Origin: Eledone cirrhosa
Taxonomy: Eukaryota
Assembly: GCA_964016885.1 (NCBI GenBank)
Contig: OZ024740.1
Coordinates: 56,916,001-56,980,000 of the forward strand
Length of the DNA stretch: 64,000 bases
Direction of reading: 5' to 3'
Positions 13,601-25,987 of the stretch are shown here, piece by piece (position 1 is the stretch's first letter; each line of letters starts with the position of its first letter). The position numbers and the translations under genes are program-made. The notes under the pieces were generated by a model. The model had not been told where the DNA came from. It was given only the letters and a program-made list of their open reading frames with translations, and did no database searches.

Positions 13601-14646
13601 CAAAAGATGCACAAAGATACAGTAATGGACTACAAATTTCGGAAGTCCCATTTACTGCTGAAATGGAAAACACAGAAAAAGCAAAGCAGGTAAAAGTAAC
13701 TGCAAAGAAAGAACTGCTACAGAAACTGGCTAAGAAATGGCAAGAAAAGCCTCTGTATGGAAAATACCCAGTGCGAGCTAACAATCCTGATGTTGACAAA
13801 ACTTTAACCCATCAGTGGTTGGCATCCTCTGGACTGAAATCGGAGACTGAAGGACTGATTATATCGGCACAAGATCAGTGTCTGCCAACAAAAAATTACC
13901 AAGCCAACATAATAAAAAATGGGTGCAGCCCATTATGCCGTGTATGCAAAGAACAACCAGAGACCTTTGACCATATAATTTCAATGTGCAGTCCTATAGC
14001 TCCAACCGAATACCTAAACAGGCATGACAGAGCTGCACAATACATACATTGGATAATGTGTAAGCATTTTGACCTGCCCCATCAAAAGAATTAGTGGGAG
14101 CATCAACCACCTCCCATACTTGAAAAAGATCACATCTCAATCTTGTGGAACTTTAGCATCCAAACAGACCGAAAAATAGATGCAAATAGACCTGATATAA
14201 TATTGAAGGACTTTAAAAAGAGGGTATGCCTGCTAATTGATATGTCTGTTCCAATAGACAAGAATGTATCTATAAAAACATTTGAAAAATTGAGCAAGTA
14301 TAAGGACCTGGAGATAGAAATTGGAAAAATGTAGAAATTGAGAACTAAAACAATACCAGTGGTTGTAGGCGCTCTGGGAATGATACCTAAGGGGTCTAAT
14401 GATTACTTATCGCAGATCCCAGGAAACCCGCGTATAGGAGAAATACAAAAGATAGTACTAATGGGAACTGCCCATATACTAAGAAAGATTCTGTCAATAT
14501 AAGTACATCACAAGTCTAAATACTACAGATGCATGTGTGAGTATGTATGTTCTTCCTTGAACATGGCGGACCTTGTTGTCTCTTGAGGTCACTGGTTGTG
14601 ACTTGGTGATAACTCGTATGGACATAAAGCAAGATAAATGCAACTG
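10690..14646 (+). mobile_element. Near full-length R4/Dong-clade non-LTR retrotransposon (element 1)
   Basis: RT (WKSPGKD, YRPITCL, QKGCK, WIDYKKAFDS, GIFQGDSLSPLLF, HLFYMDDLKL), CCHC knuckle CRVC..ETFDHIISMC, RHD, RLE RPDI..LIDMSVP; 3' end abuts (TAA)n. Confidence 0.92.
11053..14502 (+). pseudogene. RT-RLE polyprotein of element 1; one reading frame (~1150 codons) broken only by three stops (TGA 11797, TAG 14092, TAG 14332)
   Basis: ORF-track segments 11053-11799, 11866-14094 and 14143-14334 share a frame that continues as KTIPVVVGALG..IQKIVLMGTAHILRKILSI* to 14502. Confidence 0.85.
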
Positions 14647-14660
14647 TAATAATAATAATA

Positions 14661-15357
14661 ATAAGGGAAGAAGACACACATGGTGGATAGAAGGTCGAGA
14701 AATCGCTCCAGTAAGTTTTGATTTTTTAACATATTTAAATCATTTGTGAAATAACAATTCTTAGTACAAATGTTACGTAAAGCATCCGGCTTGAGCCCCC
14801 AAAAAATTCGGACCCAAAATATATTGTTATAAGGCTCAAATATTCAACTTTGTATTGTACATTGTATATTCAAAAAAGAAAATGGCTATAAATGGAAGAA
14901 GAAACCCCCCTCCTCTGTCTACACTATATAGAACAGCCAAACAACAGCAATTTCACCAACACCAGAAACTAGATACACCACCTACCCCATCACCCCTCTG
15001 TGTACACTAAACACAACAGCCAGATAACGGCAATTTCACCACCACCACAACCAATCTCAACATAATAATGATAATAATAATTACTATTATTATTGTCCCA
15101 AGTTTTAACAAAATGTTTAATTCCAACATTAAGGGAATTTATGTCAACACATGTACGCGACTAGCCCCATAGATTCACCGAACGGACATCAGTAACGACA
15201 ACGCCATTACTACAGTCACCGCCGCCGCCGCCCATCCATCATTACTACCACTATCCCATCACCGCCGCCACCACTCCTTCATTGCTACCACCGCTACCCC
15301 TCTCCCACTACCTTCTGTTAACTTACGAAAGGGGAGGATGGCGATATCACTAGACAA
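14661..15357 (+). repeat. Dispersed ~700-bp non-coding repeat, copy 2
   Basis: Aligns with 9636-10369 with substitutions and indels. Confidence 0.6.
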
Positions 15358-15422
15358 TATTGATAAACAAGATTAATATTTAATTTTGGATCAGGAATGT
15401 TGGAGTCGAAAATGGCAAAATG

Positions 15423-15700
15423 ACTAAACGACTACAGATTATTATTTCACCACCAATAACACCACCACTGCCACGATGAAAACTCTGGTCGAATCGACTC
15501 AAACTTATACCCCAACTACAACACCATCACTACAGTAATACGACCACATCACCACCACTACTAAACGACTACAGATTATTATTATTTCACCACCAATAAC
15601 ACTACCACTACCACGATGAAAACTCTGGTCAAATCGACTCAAATGTATACCCCAACTACAACACCATCACTACAGTAATACGATCACATCACCACCACCA
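15423..15700. repeat. Tandem duplication of a ~137-bp unit
   Basis: actaaacgactacagattattatt...cgatgaaaactctggtc...catcaccacc occurs twice back to back. Confidence 0.85.
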
Positions 15701-16049
15701 CTGCCTCAGTATCGCTACTGCCGCTATTCTCTCCCATTGTCTCCTGCTGCTAGCACAGCACCGCCACCACATTGTAGAATTCCTACTAAAAAAGAGGAAG
15801 GCATCAAAATATATAGATAGACTCAAAAGGAAAAACAAAAATCAAAATCAAAGCAGCACAGCAACAACAACAACAACAAAAAAAAAAGCAGACAAAAAAA
15901 ACAAAAACAAAAAAAACGTAAAGAAAATAAGAATGAAGAGAGAAACAAACGGACGGACAGAGAAGGGAAGGGAAAAACTAAGTCAGACATTCGAAAACTA
16001 CATTACAATGAAACTTATGCTTATTCATTTTTGGGGTTTTTTCTGCCTG

Positions 16050-19000
16050 TTTGTTTGTTTGTTTATTTGTGTTCGTCTACAGCGTGATAATGCCACACAA
16101 GAGCCACGTGGAGCGACGCAACCACCGGAGACGGTGAATCCACAGGTGGTTATGTAACCATACATTCGCCAATCCTCGATAAGAGTGTTTAAATGTCGAA
16201 CCTAAACAGTTCGAATAACGGTGAAATGGAGACTAGAACGTCATGTGACAGACTCTCACCCAACAGGTGCTTCCTGGCTCAGCAGCAGGGACCTGGCTGT
16301 CAACCAAATACTGCTGGTGTCGGAGGAAGAAGAAGAAGGAAAGGGACAAGAACCAACTGGACGAAAGAATTGAATAGAACTGTTATGCAATGTTACCTGA
16401 AAGGTAACCCCAAGGAGAGGAGCTATAGGAGACGGATGCATAACATCTGGAACGAGATTGGTCTATTTAAATTAGATGAACAAAAATTGGCCGGGCAGGC
16501 TCGGGTAATAAGAACTAATGGGGGGATAAGCGACCTGGAACTGGAGGAACTGAGCAGAGAGATTAGCTTGGAGATGGAGGGTGGAGTATGCCAGGCAAAC
16601 GAGCCAGTGGGAAATGAAGGTGAAGAGGTCGAGAGAACGGAGGAACCACCCGAAGCAGACAATGATCTGAATACTGAGATAAATAATACCTGGAACAGAG
16701 ATACGGCCACTGAGGAGATGAATGCTGACGGGCTAGGACAAGATTTGGTTGACATCCTAAATTTAGTGGTAGATGAATTGAACAATGATAGTGGGAGACC
16801 TATGAACCTAAGATTTGTAGACAGGAAAAAGTTAAAAGAAACAACAGCTAAGGTAAACAAAGTCATCCCATACCTTGAGGCGAGGAGCCTTCACCAGTGC
16901 AACAATATCCTCAAAGCAACAGCAAATACGGTGAGGAAACTACTTGGTATAAAAGCGAGAGGAAACAACAGACAAGAAAGAGCAGAGCCTTGGTGGAAGA
17001 AGCGACTGAGTGGTCAAATCAGGGAAATGAGAAATCACATTGGAAAGCTTGAGTCACTACTGAATGGGACACTAAAAAACATAGACACTAAAAATAGACT
17101 GGAAATAAAGTACAAAACTAGGAGGAAAAAAGCTAAATATTATCATAGAGGAACTGAAGCAACGCATTGTAGCAAAGAGTGCAAAAATCAGGCGATACGA
17201 GAACAGAGTCAGTCAGTATAAACAGAACCGCATGTTCGACAACAACCAGAAGATGCTGTTTGGACAGCTTGAGGGGAAAGAAAGAGGCAACGACTTGATC
17301 CCTGAGGCGGAACAAACTAAAACATTCTGGAGAGGAATATGGGAGCAGGATGTTAGACATAATGACCAGGCAGTGTGGATTGAGACAGTACAGAAGGAGA
17401 TTAGTGAACAGGCACACCAACAAACTGATTTGAGTATCACAGTTGAAACTCTTAAGGGGCAGGCCAAAAAACTAACCAACTGGAAATCACCAGGCCCAGA
17501 TGGTGTGCAGGGGTATTGGATTAACAATATAACATCCCTCCACCCGAAACTGACGACCATGTTCAATGACTGCTTGATGTCAGGTGAGGTACCAGAGTGG
17601 TTGACAAAAGGTACCACAGTTCTGATAATGAAAGACCGAATCAAGGGTAATGATGTTACCAACTATAGACCTATCACATGTCTGTCCGTAATGTGGAAAC
17701 TGTTGACGAGCATTGTGTCGGAGGAAATCTACCATCACCTCCACACAAACAACTTGTTACCGGACGAACAGAAAGGATGCCGAAAGAAGTCACGTGGTAC
17801 AAAGGACCAGTTACTTATTGATAAGATGGTAATGGGGAATTGCAGGAGGAGACACACTGATCTTGCCATGGGATGGATAGACTACAGAAAGGCATTTGAC
17901 ATGGTGCCTCATTCTTGGATCACCAAAAGCCTGGAGATCTTCAGGGTGGCAGATAACATCAGACAGTTGTTGGGCAAAAGTATGAGGTCCTGGGAAACAG
18001 AGTTGACATCAACTGGAGAATCCTTGGGAAGCGTGAAGATCAAGAGAGGTATCTTCCAGGGAGGTAGCCTGTCCCCTCTGCTGTTTGTCCTTGCCCTGAT
18101 GCCCCTGACCAGTGTACTGCGAAAAGTGAGAGCAGGATACAGGTTGGGAAAGGGAGGGCTTACCATCAATCACCTCCTCTTCATGGACGATCTTAAGCTC
18201 TTCGGGAAGAGTGAGAAGGAGTTGGATCTGCTTGTTGACACTGTCCGTATTTTCAGCAGTGATATATGTATGCAGTTTGGTATTAGTAAGTGTGGAGTCA
18301 TTGTGATGAGGAGGGGTAGGTTGAGCAGAAGTAACGGAATCCAGATACCAACAGGTGAGATGAAAGGAAATTGACTCTGAGGAAGGATACAAGTATTTGG
18401 GCGTTCTGGAGGCTGATGGCATAAAGAACAAAAAAATGAAGGAATTGTTAAGAACTGAATACATTCGGAGAGTAAGGAGCGTATTGAAGTCACATCTGAA
18501 CAGCAGAAATGCCATAAGCGCAGTAAATTCCCGAGCTGTGTCTATTATTAGATACAGTGCGGGAATTCTGAGATCGAATGTTGCTGAACAAAAAGAAATG
18601 GATAGGAAGACTAGGAAGCTATTAACTATCTACAACATGTTCCACAAGAGGAGTGATGTCGATAGACTCTACTTAAGGAGATCTGAGGGTGGAAGAGGTC
18701 TTATCAGCATAGAGGACTGTGTTCAGAGGGAGAAAAACAACCTACACAAATACGTGACTGATAGTAAGGAGCCAATGCTCAGAACTGTACTGAAGGAGGG
18801 GACAATAGGCCAGGGGATGTCCAAGGAGGAAATAACATCAAGGAGAAAGAGCAGCCTTCAGGAAAAATCCCTTCATAGTACCTTCTTTGAGAAAACTGAA
18901 TTTAGAGATCCACAGACATGGAACTGGTTGAGAAGAGGAGACCTGAAAAAGGCTACAGAAGGAATGTTAATGGCTGCGCAGGAGCAGGCCCTCAAAACGA

Positions 19001-19670
19001 AGTGGTTGAAACACCATATTTACAAGGAGGAGGCTAGCCCACTGTGCAGGATCTGTGGAGATAGAGAGGAGACTGTGGCTCACATTGTATCCGAGTGTAA
19101 ACACCTAGCCCAGACCCACTATAAGGGCTGGAGACATGATGTGATGGGCAGGGTGATCCACTGGCACCTGTGCAAAGTAAACAATTTACCACATTCTGAG
19201 AAATGGTATGAGCATAAGCCAGAGGCGGTGATAGAGAACGATCAGGTGAAGGTGCTGTGGGATTTTAGGATACAGACGGACAAGAAACTGGAACACAATA
19301 GACCTGACCTGGTTGTTGTGGACAAAGAAAAAAGATCGTGTCTGATTGTGGATGTGGCCTGCCCATTCGACACGAGAGTGCAAGAGAAGGAGAGGGAGAA
19401 AATTAACCGATACCAGGACTTAAAGTGGGAGGTAAAAAGGATTTAGAACTGCCATGATGTCAAAGTGGTCCCGATTGTCATAGGCGCACTAGGTACTATC
19501 TCTAAAAGTTTCCAGGGATGGTTAAAGAAAATCGGCCCCTTCAAAAGGCATGCTTGCTGGGAACAGCAAGAACCCTCCGATACGTCCTGAATATCTGAGG
19601 CTTCAGGTAGTGGCTTGATATTCATTCCAACGGACTTTCCCGTTAACTAACATCAATGACTGAGACTCAA
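16050..19670 (+). mobile_element. Near full-length R4/Dong-clade non-LTR retrotransposon (element 2, a different family), disrupted
   Basis: ORF pieces 16193-17221, 17232-18374 and 18397-19446 with WKSPGPDG, YRPITCL, HLLFMDDLKL, CRIC..ETVAHIVSEC, RHD, RPDL..IVDVACP; two frameshifts, TAG at 19444 and a ~19-bp deletion relative to the 9192 copy; 3' end abuts (GAA)n. Confidence 0.92.
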
Positions 19671-19671
19671 G

Positions 19672-19776
19672 GAAGAAGAAGAAGAAGAAGAAGAAGAAGA
19701 AGAAGAAGAAGAAGAAGAAGAAGAAGAAGAAGAAGAAGAAGAAGAAGAAGAAGAAGAAGAAGAAGAAGAAGAAGAA
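19672..19776. repeat. (GAA)n microsatellite
   Basis: Direct reading. Confidence 0.95.
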
Positions 19777-19789
19777 TATTTTCACCAGA

Positions 19790-21333
19790 CTGATTGGGGC
19801 TTATAAGAAAGATCATATAATGAAGACTGACCTATGGGATTAGTGACAGTTTGGAGAGGCAGAGGTATACTCGGGACATTGGATCAGTTACTGATCGATA
19901 ACTGTATCATGAAAGAATTGTAAGAGCACCTTTGTAACTTGGATGTAGCATATTTTAACTTCCAAAAGTTATGAGACAAAGTTCAGCAAAATTGTATAGT
20001 GCATGTTTCTAGGTGAATGATGACCCCAGAATGTTTTATAAAGATAATGCAGGTATTTATAGCAGGATAGAAAACTAAATTGAAAGTGTGGCTGAATGGC
20101 AAGGAAGCAACAAGTAATTGGTTAAAGATTTTGTATAGTTTCTTGCAAGGAAAAAGCTCCTTAGCTGTTGAATGTTGTCTTAGTGAGGCTCTAGTCAGGG
20201 TGCACATTTTTAGAAGACACTAAGGGATCACCTGGAGAAAACGTTAAGAGAATCCACATTTTATTTATGAACAACTTGAATACTTACTAAAAGAATGAGG
20301 AAGTAATTGAAGCAGCAAAAGGCTTGCTGTTGCAGGTAGTTCTAATACTAGAGCTTGTTATAGGGTTTCAAAGGGTGCTGAGCTGGTGTTCAGTTGAGCA
20401 AATTGGTTACAGGAAAAGGACTGGCGATAATGACTGAAAGTATGGTAGATTTGGACCCAACTAAGGGAAACATGTATAAGTGATTAGGAGTGGTACAAGC
20501 AGATGTGATTAATGATCACATAGGATTGGAAAGAGTCAGCGCAGAAATATTGAAAAGATTGCGAAATATTTTGAAACAAGGTCTTTATGATAAAAGCAAT
20601 TTACAGGAAGGTAATGCTAGTGGTGGCTTACCTTATGTATATCTGCTATTTTCTAAGACAGTAATTAAATGAACTTGATATGCAAAATGAAACAGTTTAG
20701 TTTTATTATCTGATTGTAGGTATTAGCAGGAAAGAGACATAAATATGCTCTTATGTCATTTGTTGTGGTATGGACAAAAGAGCGGGTACTGTGAGATAAA
20801 AGTGCAATTCGGTACAAAGAAAAATGGGAAAGAGCGATGAAATGTTGGAAAATAATAGGTTAATGTCAGTCGGGGATCTTGAGTACCAATGAAACACACT
20901 TGCACAGCAAGGTGTCCAGATCTAACAATTGATTTAAACATGAGAATTGTTTTTCTGTGTGTGTGACACGGCATGTCCACAAGAAAATAACTTGGAGAAT
21001 GATTGCTGAAGTATCAAGAGGTGTCTCATAAAACGAGAGAAACACGTAAGGAATACCAAGCGCAGTTAATACCAATAATAATGGAGCGACGGAAATGGTT
21101 GAAAATACCTTCAAAAAACTAATAAAAAGCTAGAAAACTTCAGCGTCTGCAGTGCAGGAATTGATTCTCATGTAAAGCGAAACTATACTCTAGAAAATCA
21201 TCTCAAGAGTGATATAAGTGTTTCGATAACAAACGGAACTATAGATTTATCCATAGGTCACTGACCCGTTTAGATACCAGCTAGCATATGTTGATAGCAG
21301 GAAATTCGGCTGGAAGCAACTAAAAAACTTCCC
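19790..21333 (+). mobile_element. Highly decayed, 5'-truncated R4/Dong-like element (element 3)
   Basis: Residual GTLDQLLIDNCIMKEL..NLDVAYFNFQK..DKV (RT) and later WY..LENNR..ARCPDLT (RLE); ends at cataataatattaataat. Confidence 0.65.
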
Positions 21334-21439
21334 ATAATAATATTAATAATGTTTTATGAGATAATTTAGGTTGTTAAGTCAAAAGAAAAATATCGTTGTG
21401 ATATCCATGTTTTGAAATTTGATATTTATGTCAAGCACG

Positions 21440-23633
21440 ATATAATATATACTGTACAGTGTATATTAGAAGAATACACTGTACAGTAAAAAGACCTACA
21501 GTACACCCACCCACCCCCCACTTCTCTAATAGTGCGGGTCCAGACTTTCCCCAAAACATAGTAAACAACTGCAAACATACTAACAAACATAAACATATCA
21601 AACAGTCTTTCCCTAAACAGGAAAACTCATTTTTATGCATGATGAATCTTACCAAGTAGATGCAAAAACAAAACCTTCCAGCCATCACGCAGCATCAACC
21701 TCTGCTATTACCACAGTACCCTTTGGTGTGATTAACCAAGAAACCTACAATAAGACCCACGAAATCGCCAATGTCAGCTATTACTCTAGCCTCAACATTA
21801 TTGCTTAATGCACAAAGTGTCTGTAACACTGCAGTGGAAAAATCTCCCCTCCCGGACCATGACATGGTTGTCTGTAATCTGAGATTCCAACAGTCAAAAG
21901 TTAAACACAATGCCCTCTTTCCAGCCCTTTCACACGCACACACTCTGCCAACATTAAATCCTTTGTAGACACCGTTACACATATATGTGCAAAACATATC
22001 ACAACACAATCTGTGAACAAAAATAAGTGCCGAATCTCCAGGAATAGAAAGTGTGTCATAACAAAAACAAAGAAGAATCAATAAAAAATGAACCTTCTAA
22101 AATACCGTCAGCAGCAACACACACATTCGACTGTTATTGCACTGCTTGAATCAGAAATGTATAACCTCAAAAGCAGCATGAGCTCCATCATCAATAATCA
22201 AACAACAGCTGGGGAGACCGGGCCATTGAGAGAATCAAACTCAATGTCAAATTGTTCTTTTCATTTGCCAAAAACACCAAGTTTTTGGCCACCTGGCTGA
22301 TGAAAACAACACCCTTCATGATGATGCTAATACAATGACTGTGATACTGCAGAAAAAATACTGCTCTGTTTTCAGCAATCTCGATATGGTTGATCTGGAC
22401 AGTATCAATGATGTAAACCCCCAACACACTATATCTGACATAATGTTTGGCGCCTCCTGATATGTTATCGGCAATAAACAAAACAAAGCGTAGCCCGATA
22501 GGTTCCCTGCTAGTGTCCTGAAGATTGCCGACATTAAATTTCATCCCCTCTTGCTAATCTTTGGAGAGCAAGGCATTTGATAGGGTCGATCACAACATCC
22601 TGTTGAAGAAACTATCCAACATTGGTGTCTGTGGAAAGCTACTGCTGTGGATTAAATGTTTTCTGACAAACAGATTCCAAGATGTGGTGATCGAAGGAAT
22701 ACGATGAAGTTCACCTAAAGTCAGTAGCAGAGTCCAATAAGGTACTGCGTTGGGCCCACTTCTTTTCATTATTTACATAAATGACAATATAGACGTCATC
22801 AAACACAGCAAGATAAGAATTTTTGCGTGTGATTCCAAACTCAGAACGTCATCAATGGAATGGGAGACAGGACATGCCTTCAGTCGGATCTGCTCACTGT
22901 TACCCAGTGAGTGACAAAAGCAATATGTACTAAACGAGAATAAATTAGAATTAATCCACTTTGGAAAAGAGGATGCAATGAACTTACCATATTCTCTTCC
23001 CACGGGTGAAAACACTCGTAGCATCAAACAACACCAGAGATCTTGGAGTAATTGTTGACAACAACTTGCTAGAGTGCTCATATTAATGCCAAAGTTGACT
23101 TGGCCTGCGAGATGTGTTCCTAGATTATCAAAACTTTCCAGTCTAGAGAAATTGACACCCTTATCCTTCTCTTCTCTACTTTTGTCCAACCCCACGTTGA
23201 ATACTGTTGTGCATTAGGGTCTCCTCACACAAAACAAAGTATTATGAAACTTGAAGCACTCCAGAGGTCAATTGCAAAAACGATAGACAGTATGACAGGC
23301 CTTGACTATTGAGGTCCACTACAAATTTCAAAGTGGCATCTCCAACATTACGCCAAAACTATTTCACTTCAACTCGCTCCGCTCTCTTTAATATCATCCC
23401 GAAAGACATCAAGACAGAAATAGGTCTCATCATATTTGAAGGTTTCCAGGACAAATTTCTCCAAGAAATCCCGGATATGTCTCTGAAAACAGCAACTCAT
23501 TACTAGAGTGAGCCATAGTGTCCAAAACATGACTAGTTTGTGATGCCATATACCTGAAAGATTTCGCCAGGTGGTGCTATTGTGTTAGACATGACTTGAG
23601 CCAGCACCTGCCGAAACCTATCAAAATTATAAG
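21440..23633 (+). mobile_element. Decayed CR1/L2-like LINE (APE end + RT)
   Basis: LPDHDMVVC (APE C-terminus); KAFDRVDHNILLKKL..GKLLLWIKCFL; GTALGPLLFIIYIND; 3' end ggtggtgc...gccgaaac resembles that of the 56715-58075 LINE. Confidence 0.75.
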
Positions 23634-23648
23634 TATATATATATATAT

Positions 23649-23870
23649 AATACGTATTTAAGAAAGCCACAACAATGCAAAGGGAAATCTCGAGGTAGGA
23701 AGTGAAATATAGATAGGAATTAAATCTCTACTACGGTAACCCTTCTACCTTTGTTTTGTTTTCATCTTTGTCTCTCTCAATTTTCACTTTCACCTGTTTT
23801 TCCTATCTATATTTCACTTCCTACCTCGAGATTTCCCTTTGCATTGTTGTGGCTTTCTTAAATACGTATT
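23649..23870. repeat. 71-bp perfect inverted repeat (23649-23719 / 23800-23870) with an 80-bp spacer
   Basis: aatacgtatttaagaaagccacaacaatgcaaagggaaatctcgaggtaggaagtgaaatatagataggaa and its reverse complement. Confidence 0.9.
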
Positions 23871-23911
23871 TTACACATTTCACAATGCTTCAAGCAAACT
23901 TTAACACCCTC

Positions 23912-23945
<34 letters not shown>

Positions 23946-23953
23946 GTGAATAA

Positions 23954-24032
<79 letters not shown>

Positions 24033-24059
24033 ATATACATACATGTATAGGAAAAATAG

Positions 24060-24240
24060 GAAAAGAGTTTCGACAGCTAGACCCGAACCGGTTCGGATCT
24101 AGCTGTCGAAACAGCCAAACCTCAGCCGTCGGGCTCCTGACTATTTTCATATTACCCACTCTACTACCCTACCTATTGAGTACTCTAGTGCGTAATGGTC
24201 CACCTGGAATCTTACCACACCATCTTTGTTGCATTCATTT
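24060..24240 (+). mobile_element. Short PLE-like 3'-end fragment starting with a ~44-bp palindrome and half a hammerhead; related to 54865-55012
   Basis: tttcgacagctagacccgaaccggttcggatctagctgtcgaaa, then a tail homologous to 54890-55012; flanked by (TA)n. Confidence 0.55.
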
Positions 24241-24248
24241 ATATATAT

Positions 24249-24354
<106 letters not shown>

Positions 24355-25921
24355 GGGAAAATGCGAAGTTGAAGATGTAAGGCTCCTTTATTAATTGAGC
24401 CGAGAGAACAGTCAGGAATTAGAGAAAAACACCATGGAAAGCATCCAGCAAATAGCTAACTCCATCCACCAGAGTATCAAAGTTACTATAGACTACCCAA
24501 GCAAACACCCAACCATCGATTACCTGTACTAGACACAGATCCCTGGTTAGAAACCATTAATAACAAAAAACAAATCCTCCATTCCCATTATGACAAACCC
24601 ATGACTTCCAAATACCTGATCCACCGAAACTCAGCTGTTTCGGATCACACCAAAATCAACATACTGATTGCGGATTTAGTACGGGTGATGAGGAACGTGT
24701 CCTGCATGCTCAACCCTAAAGAATTATAAAGACACATACAACACTTCATCCACCGTATGCAGTTCTCTGGCTACAATCAGAAAGACAAAATCAGAGTATA
24801 TAGAGGAGCCAGAACCAAATGGGAAAAAATGGTAGATAATGATACAAATGGGACCTGTCCCTTGTACAGGAGCAAATTTTGGACTAGAATAGAAAGAACT
24901 AGGAATAAGGTTAATAGAATAAACTCATGGTATGATAGCAATAAATACCAGAGTGTAATGTTCATCAATACAACCCCTAGAGGTGAACTAGCTTACAAAT
25001 TTAGAAGGGCCCTAGATAAACTTAAACTAAATATTAAGATAGTGGAAAGACCAGGTACCTCCATAAAAACACTAATTAGTAATACATACCCATTTCAAAG
25101 ACCTCTCTGTATAGATAGGAAATACATAATCTGTAAGCTAATTCCCCATATTAACTGTAAAACTAGAAACATAGTATATAGCATAAGATGTACTGAGGGA
25201 CAATGTAAAAATAAGAATATAATGTACATAGGTGAGATAGCTCGTAGCATAGGAGAACGATTAAATGATCACTGGCGAGAACTCCAAGATAGAAAAGACT
25301 CATCAATACTCCACCAACATGCTAAAATTGAACATAAGGGCAAATTAGAGAACATAGAGATAAACAATGAATCTACACACAGAAAAGACGCAATGTTTAG
25401 ACAAATCACAGAGGCAATAAACATAAATGAACGCCAACCAAAATTAAATAGAAAACATGAATGGAATAGCAACATCACAACTTATAATTAAGGAGAAAAT
25501 GAAAACATACAGACACACACAAAACAAAACAAAACAAAACTGCTTATATATGTATGCATGTATATATGTATATATATCACACACACATATAACAAACAAC
25601 CAACTAATGACATGTAAATAAACAAATAAATAAACAAATAAAAACACACACTGACACCCGGATGTAACACATGCGCAAACTAAGCACACACCACACACAA
25701 AAACAAGATGGCGTAGGACAGAACAAAGGAGTGGCACAAAATAAAAAATAAAGAAAAGAATCCCCAGTCACTGAAGAATGTGTGACGAAACAATATGTGA
25801 ACAACCATCCGGTTATAGAACCAACCAACCAACCGGAAATTTATAATAAATTGAAGTGAAAAGAACTGGTGCGTGTGTTTCTTATTGGTTTCTTATTGGC
25901 AACATGACCCTCCCAAAGTAT

Positions 25922-25925
<4 letters not shown>
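24355..25925 (+). mobile_element. 5'-truncated PLE (RT thumb + GIY-YIG)
   Basis: ORF 24757-25491: PLYRS..IKIVERPG..NCKTRNIVYSIRC..MYIGEIARSIGERLNDH..RQITEAINI..PKLNRKHE; degenerate ctgaaga..gaaac at 25771-25791. Confidence 0.85.

Positions 25926-25987
<62 letters not shown>

Noticed and set aside
9636-15357. Direct repeats flanking Dong element 1 read as LTRs
   Set aside because: The internal ORF is a non-LTR RT-RLE; the repeats lack TG..CA ends and PBS/PPT, are diverged, and the first is separated from the element by ~320 bp
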